Below are positions 44,932-58,159 of a stretch of 64,000 bases of DNA, piece after piece. The position numbers and the translations under genes were made by a program. Source of the stretch: Malacoraja senta (taxonomy: Eukaryota); the NCBI GenBank assembly GCA_038087875.1, contig JAXLNO010000172.1, positions 62,001 through 126,000 on the forward strand, given 5' to 3'. The notes beneath the pieces were generated by a model. It saw nothing but the letters and a program-made list of their open reading frames with translations, had not been told where the DNA came from and did no database searches. The first letter of the stretch is position 1. Each line of letters begins with the position of its first letter.

Positions 44932-47661
44932 TGCTATAGTTTATAATTTAGTAATCTGTTGGTGTCTTTGGTCAACATCAGTAAAGATACCCTTGCTGTT
45001 ACTGATGGGATCTTGCCATGTTTCATTTAAGGATACAAACTTGTTTGCTACTTGTTGAATCTAAAAAATGTGTTCAGTAATTGATTTTTGCCCAAACCTA
45101 ATGCCAGATGAAATCAAACATACTCTTTCCCATTTCCAGCTTAGTTGCACATACCACAACATATACCATCAGAAGCATAAAAACACGTCAAAGTAGGAGT
45201 AATCAATATTACCTCTCAAGGCTGCTTCAGTAAGTTCTTGGCCAATTGTTTACTTTACTGTTCTGGTAACAAAAACTATACTGAGCTTGGTGTTGATGTT
45301 ACTGAACCACTGAGCACCCAAAGCCTAGTTAAAGCATGAAAATTCCAAATATTTACTCTGCAAATAAATTCCTGTTCATCTTGATTCTGATACTACTTTA
45401 ATTTTAAGGCCTTCCATGTAGACGAAAGAGATTTCTAGCATTTATATGTCGGGAACCCTCAGTGTTGTGTTTGTGACATAATTTCATCTGTTCTAAACTG
45501 GTTATTATAGGGCATAATTCCTGCACATGAGACAACCTACTCATCTCCAGAATAAATGGTGCATTGAATCCTGCATCTTCTCAAAATACAGAGACCAAAA
45601 TTATGCAGATGTACTCCAAATCAAGTTTTTTCTTAGCTGGGCATACTTGGCATGATTTTTAAATTCCAATACAAGGATCATCATACCATTTTGCCTTCCC
45701 ACTTCTCTGCTGTACTTGAATGTTTGTTATCTGCATACCTTGAACCATCACACCATAATCCTCACCATTAACTTTTTCATTTGCACCATTTACATCAATA
45801 AATATGATTTACAGTTTCTCAAGGGTTGAAGTAATTTCTTCTCTAATCCTATTAAATTACATTGTCAGCATTTGTACTCAAACTGCTGCCCATTCATTCA
45901 TTCACAAGCCCTCCCTCAGATTCCTGTCACCCAGTTTTCACCTCCCCTACCTACTCCATCTGGCCATCACTAACACATTCACCCCACTGTTCCCATCTGC
46001 CCTCCTTGGTTCCGCTCTGCATCTGCCTTTCTTATTGAGTTTGATCATCTGTAGCCCTTTTCATCTTCCTAGCCACCTCCCAGCCTCTTGCCATATCCAC
46101 TCTTCCTTCCCCCACCTGCCAACATCTGCCAATCAACCCCTCCTCCTGGATCAACCTAGATTCACAAATTGCTTGTCAGTTTTTGTCCCACTCCTCCCTC
46201 TTGCCTCTTTATACTGGCCATCTCCCCTTTACTCTTTCAGTCCAGGTGAAGGGTCTCAATCCAGAAAGATGTCCATTTCCCTCCACTGGATGTTTTTTGA
46301 ACTCGTTCATTTAATCTGCCTATATCATATTGCAGAATTTTTGCATCTTATGATTTCCCTCTCTGCTTTGTATAATGAGAAAATTTGGATACTTTCCATT
46401 CCACGAGAATCTGTTCCTCTTTAACTTTGGTTTCAACCTTTAAAATATAACCTTCCTCCAGTCGATAAGATAGTTATTCACTTCCAGGGGTCATTACATC
46501 CATCATATTTCTGAGTTTTTATTCATTTATTCGATGTGAACATCACCCCCAAAGTTTGGATTTTTCATCCATTTGGTGGTGCATTGCAAACTTGAATCGT
46601 TATGACCCTTTTGGTAAAGACATCCCTTACTGCTGCTGGTTAACAATTTCAACAATAAAGGAATAGTGATATTGTTACAAGTCAGGAAAGTGTTCAACCT
46701 GCAAGGTTACAATGGGAACTTGCATTCCCATTTGCTTGCTATCCTTGTCCGTCATGATAAAGGTCACCATTTAGGTAGATTCTTCCACAATAGCCTTACT
46801 GAGCATTAGTGCATGCAACAGCCACAGATGCACAATATTGGGTGTGTTTTCAGTTGAGTGTGATATCAGTTGAGTGTTTATAATTAACTGCTAGTCAAAT
46901 AGGCAGCTTTGGCTTGAATAGCATTGAGTGCCTCAAGTATTAATGGAGCTCCAATCATCCAGCAAACAGAGAATTCCACCACATTCCTGACAGAGACAAC
47001 AATGCTGGAAAGACTTTAGGCAGTTTGGAACTCAGTCACTTGCTGCAGGAAACATAGCCTCTCACTGATTTTAATATTTTATTTACATTAGGTTCAAGTT
47101 TATTACTGTCACTTGCACTCGGGTACTATGAAAAGCTTTATTTTGCATGTTACTGAATCAAATCGGATGATACTGTACATAAGCATAATCAAGCCAAACT
47201 CCAGTACAATAAGTGAAGTGGGGAAAGACGCAGAGTGCAGAATATGGTTCAACAGGAAATGGTGCAAAATTTACTGGTAGAAAAGAGATTTACGGGTAGG
47301 ATGATTGTATTAGATGACCGTAGATCTTTCTCTGGGATCAGCACACAAGGAATCTCCATGCTTTGGTGCCATCTTGGAGGGAAGTCCTTGATCTAGTTTA
47401 GTTAGGACTAGCTAGACCTGTTGGAGATTACCATTGCCTAAGACTTGTGTAGCATGCACAAATGTTGTCTTGGTGAACATTCAAATGTGAGCTACTTCAA
47501 TTTCTGAGCTGCAAATGGAACTGAACTTTGCAATCATAATATCCCCAATTTAAACTTGTTGGAAAGACGACCATTGATAATTCAGCTGAAGATTGTTTGG
47601 CATGAGGCATTGGCCTGAGGAACTCCTGCAATGATGTTCTCGTGTTTGGATGATTAACGTC

Positions 47662-49545
47662 CAATAGACAATAGGTGCAGGAGTAGGCCATTCGGCCCTT
47701 CGAACAAGCACCGCCATTCAATGTGATCATGGCTGATCATCCACAATCACTACCCCATTCCTGCCTTCTCCCCATATCCCCTGACTCTGCTATCTTTAAG
47801 AGCTCTATCTAACTCTCTAGAAAGCATCCAGAGAACCGGCCTCCACCTTCTGAGGCAGAGAATTCCAGACTCACAACTCTGTGTGAAAAAGCTTTTCCTC
47901 ACCTCCGTTCTAAATGGCTTACCCCTTATTCTTAAACCATGGCCCCTGGTTCTGGATTCCCCCAACGTCGGGAAAATGTTTCCTGCCTCTAGCGTGTCCA
48001 AACCCTTAATAATCTTATATGTTTTAATAAGATTCCCTCTCATCCTTCCCGCCATCCCGGGAATTAACCTAGTGAACCTACGCTGTACTCCCTCAATAGC
48101 AAGAAAGTCCTTCCTCCAGTTTGGAGACCCAAACTGCACACAATACTCCAGGTGTGGTCTCACTAGGGCCCTGCACAACTGCAGAACCTCTTTGCTCCTA
48201 TACTCAACTCATCTTGTTATGAAGGCCAACATGCCATTCGCTTTCTTCACTGTCTGCTGCACCTGCATGCCTACTTTCAGTGACTGATGAACAAGGACCC
48301 CCAGATCCCATTGTACTTCCCCTTTTCCCAATTTGACATAATTTAGATAACAATCTGACTTCCTGTTTTTGCCACCAAAGTGGATATCCTCTATTTTATC
48401 CACATTAAACTGCATCTGTCATGCATCTGCCCACTCACCCAACCTGTCCAAGTCACCCTGCATCCTCCTCACAGTTCACACTGCCACCCAGCTTCGTGTC
48501 ACCTACAAATTTGCTAATGTTACTTTTAATCCCTTCATCGAGATCATTAATGTATATTGTAAATAGCTGCGGTCCCAGCACCGAGCCTTGCGGTACCCCA
48601 CTCGTCGCTGTCTGCCATTCTAAAAGGGACCCGTTAATCCCTACTCTTTGTTTCCTGTCTGCCAACCAATTTTCTATCCATGTCAGCATCCTACCCCCAA
48701 TGCCATGTGCTCTAATTTTGCCCACTGATCTCCTATGTGGGACATTATCAAATGCTTTATGAAAGTCCATGTACAATACATACACTGGCCAATACATACT
48801 TGTCCATTTTCCTAGTTACATCCTCAAAAAATTCCAGAAGATTAGTCAAGCATGATTTACCCTTTGTAAATCCATGGTGACGTGGACTGCTATCCAAATG
48901 TGCCGCTATTTCATCTTTTTTTGATTAACTCCAGCAGCTTCCCCACCACCAATGTCAGGCTAACTGGTCCATAATTCCCTGTTTTCTCTTTCCCGTCTTT
49001 CTTAAGTGGGATAACATTAGCTACCCTCCAATCCACAGGAACTGATCCTGAATCTATAGAACATTGGAAAATGATCACCAATGTGTCCATGATTTCCAGA
49101 GCCACCTCCTTAAGTACCCTGGGATGCAGACCATCAGGCTCTGGGGATTTATCAGTCTTCAGTCCCATCAGTCCACCCAACACCATTTCCTGCCTAATAA
49201 TAATAATAATAATGGATTTTATTTACGGGCGCCTTATACCGAGGTCTCAAGGACACCATACAGAGATTTATAGAAAACATATAATCAGAATTAAAAAAAA
49301 ATAGGTTATAAAGACCAATACATAAATCAGGGATAGAATTCCTAATGTGCATTTCCTTCAATCCTCCGTCACCCTAGATCCTCTGGCCACTTGTACATCA
49401 GGGAGATTGTTTAGGTCCTCAGTGAAGACTGATCCAAAGTACCTGTTCAACTCATCTGCCATTTCCTTGTTCCCCATAATAAATTCATCTTTTTCAGTCT
49501 TCAATGGTCCAACTTTGGTCTTAACTCATTTTTTCCTATTCCTAA
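47662..49545 (-). mobile_element. Degenerate CR1 (family B-related)
   Basis: RT fragments in ORFs 48911-49186, 48453-48797, 48209-48415 and 47750-48178; (CTATTGT)n tail; interrupted at 49196-49340. Confidence 0.88.
49196..49340 (-). mobile_element. Very short L2-type 3' end inserted in the CR1
   Basis: Minus strand GTGTCCTTGAG...AAGGCGCCCGTAAATAAAATCC(ATT)n; CCTAAT on both sides. Confidence 0.7.
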
Positions 49546-49902
49546 AGATAGTCACAGTAGCGTCCTTTGTGTGAGTTTTAACTCCAACAAAGCAAAATTG
49601 TTCTATTGATTCGTATTCTTTTTATGTTTTTACAATAGCTCCATTGTGCCACATTTGATAATAAGGGCAGTCACTCTAGCCACCGTGGTAGAATTCATTT
49701 CCTTAGTTCACTTTTGCATTGAGGTTTGGAGGAACATTCTCTTGGGCTTCATTGAGCAGGGTATTGTTGGGCACGTGTTCTCTGAATGCATTGTCCATGA
49801 CATTTTACATTACTTTGTTGATTGAAGGCAAACTAATTGGGTGATAACTTCTAGGAATGATTTGACCTGCTTTTGGATAGGATGTTAGGATGTTCCTGGA
49901 TA

Positions 49903-50272
49903 CAGTGCATTCAGAAAGTATTCAGGCCCTTCACCTTTTCCACATTTTGTTACTTACAGCCTTTAATTTACCACTAGTGGACTCCAATCAAGTTGTAGAA
50001 ACATCTCAAGGATAATCAATGGAAACAGGATGAACCTAAGCTTAATTTTGAGTGTCATAGCAAAGGGTCTGAATACTTATGTAACTGATGTTTCAGTTAT
50101 TTCTTTTTAATTACAATGCAAATATTTCTAAACACCTGTTTTCGTGTTTTTATTATGGGGTATTGTATAGATTGATGATAAAAAAAAAAAGAATTTAATG
50201 CATTTTAAATAAGGCTGTAACGTAACAAAATGTGGAAAAGTGCAGGGGTCTGAATACTTTCTGAATACACTG
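49903..50272. mobile_element. Internally deleted Tc1/mariner (IR/DR type)
   Basis: TA|CAGTGCATTCAGAAAGTATTCAG...CTGAATACTTTCTGAATACACTG|TA; inner direct repeat GGGTCTGAATACTT at ~50065 and ~50246. Confidence 0.9.
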
Positions 50273-50560
50273 TAGATGACTACAGCAAAAATGTTAGATA
50301 CATAGATACATAGATACATAGAAAATAGGTGCAGGAGTAGGCCATTCGGCCCTTCGAGCCTGCACCGCCATTCAATGTGATCATGGCTGATCATCCAACT
50401 CAGTATCCCGTACCTGCCTTCTCTCCATACCCCCTGATCCCCTTAGCCACAAGGGCCACATCTAACTCCCTCTTAAATATAGCCAATGAACTGGCCTCAA
50501 CTACCCTCTGTGGCAGAGAGTTCCAGAGATTCACCACTCTCTGTGTGAAAAAGTTTTTCC

Positions 50561-53333
50561 TCATCTCGGTCCTAAAGGATTTCCCCTTATCCTTAAGCTG
50601 TGACCCCTTGTCCTGGACTTCCCCAACATCGGGAACAATCTTCCTGCATCTAGCCTGTCCAACCCCATAAGAATTTTGTACGTTTCTATAAGATCCCCTC
50701 TCAATCTCCTAAATTCTAGCGAGTATAAGCCAAGTCTATCCAGTCTTTCTTCATATGAAAGTCCTGACATCCCAGGAATCAGTCTGGTGAACCTTCTCTG
50801 CACTCCCTCTATGGCTATAATGTCCTTCCTCAGATTTGGAGACCAAAACTGTACGCAATACTCCAGGTGTGGTCTCACCAAGACCCTGTACAACTGCAGT
50901 AGAACCTCCCTGCTCCTATACTCAAATCCTCTTGCTATGAAGGCCAACATACCATTCGCTTTCTTCACTGCCTGCTGCACCTGCATGCCTACTTCCAATG
51001 ACTGGTGTACCATGACACCCAGGTCTCGCTGCATCTCCCCATTTCCTAATCGGCCACCATTTAGATAATAGTCTGCCTTCCCGTTTTTGCCACCAAAGTG
51101 GATAACCTCACATTTATCCACATTATACTGCATCTGCCAAACATTTGCCCACTCACCCAGCCTATCCAAGTCACCTTGCAGTCTCCTAGCATCCTCCTCA
51201 CAGCTAACACTGCCCCCAGCTTAGTGTCATCCGCAAACTTGGAGATGTTGCTTTCAATTCCCTCGTCCAGATCATTAATATAAATTGTAAATAGCTGGGG
51301 TCCCAGCACTGAGCCTTGCGGTACCCCACTAGTCACTGCCTGCCATTGTGAAAAGGACCTGTTTACTCCTACTCTTTGCTTCCTGTTTGCCAGCCAGTTC
51401 TCTATCCACATCAATACTGAACCCCCAATACCGTGTGATTTAAGTTTGTATCCTAATCTCTTATGTGGTACCTTGTCGAAAGCCTTCTGAAAGTCCAGAT
51501 ACAACACATCCACTGGTTCTCCCCTATCCACTCTACTAGTTACATCCTCGAAAAATTCTATAAGATTTGTCAGACACGATTTACCTTTCGTAAATCCATG
51601 CTGACTTTGTCCAATGATTTCACCACTTTCCAAATGTGCTGCTATCCCATCTTTAATAACTGACTCTAGCAGTTTCCCCACTACCGATGTTAGACTAACT
51701 GGTCTGTAATTCCCTGTTTTCTCTCTCCCTCCCTTCTTAAAAAGTGGGGTTACGTTTGCTACCCTCCAATCCTCAGGAACTACTCCAGAATCTAAGGAGT
51801 TTTGAAAAATTATCACTAATGCATCCACTATTTCTGGAGCTACTTCCTTAAGTACTCTGGGATGCAGCCTATCTGGCCCTGGTGATTTATCGGCCTTTAA
51901 TCCATTCAATTTACCCAACACCACTTCCCGACTAACCTGGATTTCACTCAGTTCCTCCATCTCCTTTGACCCGTGGCCCCCTGCTATTTCCGGCAGATTA
52001 TTTATGTCTTCCTTAGTGAAGACGGAAACAAAGTAGTTATTCAATTGGTCCGCCATATCCTTGTTCCCCAAGATCAATTCACCTGTTTCTGACTGCAAGG
52101 GACCTACATTTGTTTTAACTAATCTCTTTCTCTTCACATATCTATAAAAACTTTTGCAGTCAGTTTTTATGTTCCCTGCCACTTTCCTTTCATAATCTAT
52201 TTTCCCTTTCCTAATTAAGCCCTTTGTCCTCCTCTGTTCGTCTCTGAATTTCTCCCAGTCTTCTGGTATGCTGCTTTTTCTGGCTAATTTGTACTCATCA
52301 TCTTTTGCTTTGATACTATCCCTGATTTCCCTTGTTATCCACGGATGCACTACCTTCCCTGATTTATTCTTTTGCCAAACTGGGATGAACAATTTTTGTA
52401 GTTCATCCATGCAGTCTTTAAATGCCTTCCATTGCATATCCACCGTCAACCCTTTTAGAACTAATTGCCAGTCAATCTTGGCCAATTCACGTCTCATACC
52501 CTCGAAGTTACCTTTCTTTAAGTTCAGAACCGTTGTTTCTGAATTAACAATGTCACTCTCCATCCTAATGAAGAACTCAACCATATTATGGTCACTCTTG
52601 CCCAAGGGGGCACGTACAACAAGACTGCTAACTAACCCTTCCTCATTACTCAATACCCAGTCTAGAATAGCCTGCTCTCTTGTTGGTTCCTCTACATGTT
52701 GGTTTAGATAACTATCCCGCATACATTCCAAGAAATCCTCTTCCTCAGCACCTCTGCCAATTTGATTCACCCAATCTATATGTAGATTGAAGTCACCCAT
52801 TATAACTGTTTTGCCTTTGTTGCACGCATTTCTAATTTCCTGTTTGATGCCATCCCCAACTTCACTACTACTGCTAGGTGGCCTGTACACAACACCCACC
52901 AGCGTTTTCTGCCCCTTAGTGTTTCGCAGCTCTACCCATACCGATTCCACATCCTCCAAGCTAATGTCCTTCCTTTCCACTGCGTTAATCTCCTCTCTAA
53001 CCAGCAACGCTACCCCACCTCCTTTTCCTTTCTCTCTATCCCTCCTGAATATTGAATATCCCTGGATGTTCAGCTCCCAGCCTTGGTCACCCTGGAGCCA
53101 TGTCTCCGTGATCCCAACTATATCATAATCATTAATTGCTATCTGCACGTTCAACTCATCCACCTTATTACGAATGTTCCTTGCATTGAGACACAAAGCC
53201 TTCAGGCTTGTTTTTACAACGCTCTTACCCCTTATACAATTATGTTGAAAAGTGGCTCTTTTTGATTTTTGCCCTGGATTTGTCTGCCTGCCACTTTTAC
53301 TTTTCACCTTGCTACCTATTGCTTCCGCCCGCA
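50561..53333 (-). pseudogene. CR1 ORF2 (APE endonuclease + RT), frameshifted
   Basis: LNARNI, ITETW, MGDFN, SDHN, DFQKAFD, FADD; G5 instead of G6 at ~51213-51217 (compare 23536-23541) shifts the frame; a second shift near the 3' end. Confidence 0.9.
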
Positions 53334-53512
53334 TTTTACACCCCTCTGTTTCTCTGCTCACCCATTTAAGAACCCCACCACCTCTTATTCTCTGTTTATT
53401 ATTGTTTCTTCTTTCCCCCCTACATGTTGGGTCTGAGTGCTTTCCTTCTCTGCCTCCTGCCTCACACACTGTCTAATAGCATTCTCTATTTGAGTCCCTC
53501 CCCCCAACCATT

Positions 53513-54439
53513 CTAGTTTAAAGTCTCCCCAGTAGCCTTTGCAGATCTCCCCGCCAGGATATCGGTCCCCCTCAAGTTCAAGTGCAACCCATCCTTTTTG
53601 TACAGGTCGAACCTTCCACAAAAGAGGTCCCAATGATCCAGAAATTTTAATCCCTGCCTTCTGCACCAGTCCTTCAGCCACGCATTTATCCTCCACCTCG
53701 CTCCATTCCTACTCTCACTGTCGCGTGGCACAGGCAGTAATCCCGAGGTTGTTACCTTTGCTGTCCTTCTCTTTAACTCCCCTCCTAACGCCCTAAATTC
53801 TCCTTTCAGGACCTCTTCTCTTTTTTTACCTATGTCATTGGTACCTATATGTACCACGACCTCGGGCTCCTCTCCCTGCCCTTTCAGGATATCTTGGACA
53901 CGTTGAGACACATCACAGACCCTGGCACCAGGGAGGCAAACTACCATCCGGGTCTCCCGACTGCGTCCACAGAATCGCCTGTCTGACCCCCTAACTATAG
54001 AGTCCCCTATTAGTATTGCCCTCTTCTTTTCCTTGCCCTTCTGAGCAACAGGGCCGGTCTCTATACCGGAGGCCCGGCCGCTGTCACTACCCCCAGGTAG
54101 GCTGTCCACCCCAACAGTGCTCAAACAGGAGTACTTATTATCAAGGTGTACAGCCACCGGGGTACTCTCTAGTCCCTGCCTGTGCCCCTTGCCTCTCCCA
54201 ACCGTGATCCACTTGCCTGCCTCCTGTGGTGTTGGAGTGACCCTGTAACTCCTCTCAATGACTTCCTCGCTCTCCCTGACCAGACGGAGGTCATCGAGCT
54301 GCTGCTCCAGGTTCCTAATACGGTCCCTTAGGAGCCCCATCTCGACGCACCTGGCGCAGATGTGGACGTCTGGAGGGCTATCAGACTCCATGACTTCCCA
54401 CATCTGACATCCAGAACAGTAAACTGCCCTGGCCCTCAT
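53513..54439 (-). CDS. CR1 ORF1: zinc finger/leucine zipper + SGNH/GDSL esterase-like domain
   Basis: CSGC...CARC, leucine heptads, LIGDSIVRG, PGA, HIGTND, DGLHLN; uninterrupted. Confidence 0.88.
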   Translation of the reverse strand: MRARAVYCSGCQMWEVMESDSPPDVHICARCVEMGLLRDRIRNLEQQLDDLRLVRESEEVIERSYRVTPTPQEAGKWITVGRGKGHRQGLESTPVAVHLDNKYSCLSTVGVDSLPGGSDSGRASGIETGPVAQKGKEKKRAILIGDSIVRGSDRRFCGRSRETRMVVCLPGARVCDVSQRVQDILKGQGEEPEVVVHIGTNDIGKKREEVLKGEFRALGGELKRRTAKVTTSGLLPVPRDSESRNGARWRINAWLKDWCRRQGLKFLDHWDLFCGRFDLYKKDGLHLNLRGTDILAGRSAKATGETLN

Positions 54440-55580
54440 ACTCCCCTTACCTAGGATACAATACAAAACAAACTGCTACAATACAAAACAAACTGCTACA
54501 AAACAGTACAATCAGCAGGGATCTGACTCCCAATCAGCTGCTCCCTCTTGTCTGCTTCCACCAATCAGCGACTTCCTCAAACCCACTTGTTTTTGAAGTG
54601 GAACTTGGAACGTTGCCGATTTTGGCACTCTGTTGAAACAATATGGCTAGAGGCATTGAAGACTTCAGTGCTACTGATGTGATGTTGCCTGGTGCACTGT
54701 CTTTGTAGTCAGCTGTTTCTGTTTTTGATGCCATGTGGATTGCATCAAATTGACTAAATATCAGTCTCTGCAATACAAAGACGGAAGAAGTCCAAGGTTA
54801 AATCGTTCCAGACTCAAGATATAAATATATCGACTTTACATTCAATGCGTGTGAGCTGGACTCTGCCATCATTGATGAAGGGATATTTTGGAAACAGCCT
54901 CCAATTCACAATTAAATTACCCACCAACATTTATCAAAGTGCAGGGTACAGATGCAACTCAGTGGTTTGGGACTGCAGTTGGCCTTGTAATTTTATTATT
55001 CTGTTTTTATGTTGCATTTTTAATGGACTGTAACGTTACATTTACTCAAATACCATCATAACTATAATGGCACAGATTAGCACCACCATCCCCTTCCTTT
55101 CTGACCTCTGCATTATGTCCCTTTTACATTCGTTCACTGCGATGCATCTTTTCCACTTCCCCTTCCAGCTCCAGTATGTGATGTGACAATTTGCTGCTTT
55201 CACCCTTTTTGGGGTTTCACTGGACTTAAAAGCCCTTTTTTTTTTTAGCTCTTGATTTTGTCAGATTTTCATAATGCTCTTTAAACCACCTTCTCCAAGA
55301 GTTTCTTGCCTTACTGGAGGTCACATTAATAAAAATTGAAGGGAAACTATGTTGTATTTAATTCTGATAGCAATTTCATACCACTTGGAACTATATAACT
55401 AAATGGAATTGGCCCCATTGTGTAGATTGTAAAAATACACAGCATGCTTATAATCGTGGCAACAATATTATACACATTTCCTTTCTATAGAATTGGACAT
55501 CCGGAAGGTGTGTCCTCATGGTTACTCTTGGCAAAATAAATTTAGGACCTACTAGATAAATAGACCAAAGTTTGAAATAA

Positions 55581-57860
55581 TTGGACATGATGGAGTCACA
55601 GATGGAGCATCAGGACACCAGATGCCTGTGGCAGGGGTTACGGACTGTAACCAACTACCGGAGCAGCCCCCCCTCAACCGCAAGTGCCGGCACCTCCATA
55701 GTTGATGACCTGAACTCCTTCTATGCTCGTTTCGAGACGGGCAACATCATCCCAGGTTTGCCGGCTAACGACAACACCGCCAGCGTGCTGGCTAACAAAG
55801 GTGAAGGGAGGTCCATCGCTGGGGATGTGCACACATTCTTGTTGTCCGAGCATGACGTGAGGAGGGCTCTGACACGGGTGAACACGAGGAAAGCTCTAGG
55901 CCCAGATGGCATCTCGGGGCGAATACTTAAGTCCTGTGCTACGCAGCTAGCTCCGGTGCTCACTACAATATTCAACCTCTCCCTGGCCAAGTCCGTGGAC
56001 CCTGCCTGCTTCAAAAGATCCATCATTGTACCTGTACCAAAAAATGCCTCCCCAGCTTGTCTGAATGACTACCGTCCGGTGGCCCTCACCTCGGTAATCA
56101 TGACATGCTTTGAGAGGCTGGTCAAGAAACACATCTGCGCCTTCCTCCCTCGTACCGTCCGAACAGATCCACGGACGATGCGGTCTCCCAGGTTCTGCAC
56201 ACCGCTCTCTCTCACCTTGACAGCCAGAAGGGGGGCTATGTAAGGATGCTGTTCATAGATTTCAGTTCAGCCTTCAACACGATAGTCCCCACCAGACTTG
56301 CTGAGAAGCTGCTGGAATTGGGGCTCAACACCCCCCTGTGTGCCTGGGTCCTGGACTTTCTCACCGCCAGGCCCCAGGTAGTCAAGATGGGAGGAAATAC
56401 ATCAAAGTCCCTCACTCTGAGCACTGGATCCCCCCAGGGTTGCGTCCTCAGCCCCCTACTGTACTCCCTGTACACACATGACAGTGTGGCTAGGTTCAGC
56501 TCTAACTCTATAATCAAGTTTGCTGATGACACTGTGGTGATGGGCCTGATCTCTGATAACGATGAGAAGGCCTACCGGGAGGAGGAGGTGGCTGATCTGG
56601 CACTCTGGTGTCAGGACAACAGCCTCTTGAATGTCAAAAAAACGAATGAGTTGATCGTGGACTTTAGGAGGGCACAACATCCGGAGGACGTACACTCCAT
56701 TGAAGATAAATTGGTGTATACTGTGGATAGGGTCAGCTGTTTAAATACCTGGGAGTCCACATCTCAGAGGATCTAACATGGACATCACACGCTGCCGCAC
56801 TGGTGAGTAAGGCAAGGCAGCGCCTTTTACCACCTCAGGCAATTGAGGAAATTCAGAGTGTCTCTGAGGATCTCCAGTGCTTCTATTGTATTGTGTATCT
56901 TTATTGTCATTTCCTGAGTATTCACATACCCAGAGAAACAAAAAGACGTTCCTCAACCAGTGTCCATTCAGTGTGCAGTAAAAAAATAAATAGAAGTAAA
57001 AATACATATATCATGAACAAATTAACACTATTCTCTACTAAACATCAACAGGCGTTCGATCGGCAGCGGCATGACAGTGGCTCTGCTGCAGTGTGTCCAG
57101 GTTGGTGGTTGGTGCACGATACTTTGGCAGGGGGCAAAGTCCGTTTATCAGTCTTATAACCTGCGGGAAGAAGCTGAGGAGCATCCTGCTGGTTTTGCAC
57201 CTAATGCTCCTGTACCTCTTCCCAGATGGCAGGATGGAGAATATGTGATGCGATGGGTGGTAGGGGTCTTTGATGATGAGATGGCTCTGCTGATACATCT
57301 CTTCCTGTATATAAAAAACATTCTAGTCAATGGCTGTGGAAAGCATCTTGTCCGGAAACATCACAATTTGGTTTGGGAACTGCTCTGCCCAGGACAAGAA
57401 GGCTCTGCAGAGAGTAGTGCGTTTGGCCGAACGCACTATGGGAGCTACACTCACCCCCCTGCAGGAACTATACATCAGAAGGTGCAAATCCAGAGCCAAC
57501 AAGATCATGGGGGACTCCTTCCACCCCAGCAACAGTCTGTTCCAGCTGCTACGGTCAGGCAAATGCCTCCGTTGCAATGCTGTAAAAACGGAGAGGATGA
57601 GAAGGAGTTTCTTCCCAGAGGCCATTAGGACTGTAAACTCCTATCTCACCAGGGACTAACTTACTGTACCAATTTACTGTTGTGTGGTGTCTTTTTAAAA
57701 TTGCTGTTTTTTTCCTCCCACTAATATGTAATATGTGAATATGTGATTCTGTTCCATTCTGTTTTGTAGTTTTTTTGCACAATCCGCAAGCATTGCCACT
57801 TTTCATTTCACTGCAAATCCCGTATGCGTATGTGACGAATAAACTTGTCTTGACTTGACT
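55581..57860 (+). mobile_element. Rex1/Babar LINE, 5'-truncated, with nested insertion
   Basis: [65 protein letters not shown](CTTGA)n tail. Confidence 0.9.
56886..57320 (-). mobile_element. Rex1-type 3' fragment inserted antisense into Rex1
   Basis: IIKDPYHPSH..FSILPSGKRYRS...SFFPQVIRLIN; AATAAA(CAATA)n tail; TTCTA at 56881-56885 and 57321-57325. Confidence 0.8.
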
Positions 57861-58159
57861 AATTCAGATACCAAATTAATTTTGTTATTCATATTTAAAT
57901 TATTTTTGGTTAAATATCTGTTGAATTAAAGTTTATTTTCAAAGGAACTTAAGGAGTTGATTTACATAACTGAACTACTACAAGTAGAATTACTATCCAA
58001 CAAGTTTAAAATGTATTTGTGGATCAAAAAGGCTGATGCCAAAGTTCATGTTAACAGGATGTTGCAAGTTCATGTAGATGTTACATTTCTATTATTTTCC
58101 AAGGCTGAACGTCGAACATGATGCCAATTATATGAGAATTTGAAGCACTCTGATGCAAA

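Larger units (their letters stand above)
50297..54590 (-). mobile_element. Full-length CR1 LINE (family B)
   Basis: ORF1 + ORF2 + (TATGTATC)n tail; 5' boundary approximate. Confidence 0.93.

Noticed and set aside
45804..46424. 206-aa Ser/Leu/Pro/His-rich ORF
   Set aside because: Pyrimidine-rich Penelope-type UTR remnant ending in a degenerate terminal repeat (~46236-46290); biased composition explains the lack of stops.
46500..47650. Possible unique or conserved non-coding sequence (also ~62300-63320 and ~19180-19590)
   Set aside because: Looks like very old LINE relics; too decayed to delimit or classify by eye.
54534..54800. Apparent antisense exon with a polypyrimidine acceptor (79-aa ORF)
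   Set aside because: The sequence resembles decayed CR1-type RT DNA (similar relic at ~13440-13520) fused to the CR1 5' UTR.
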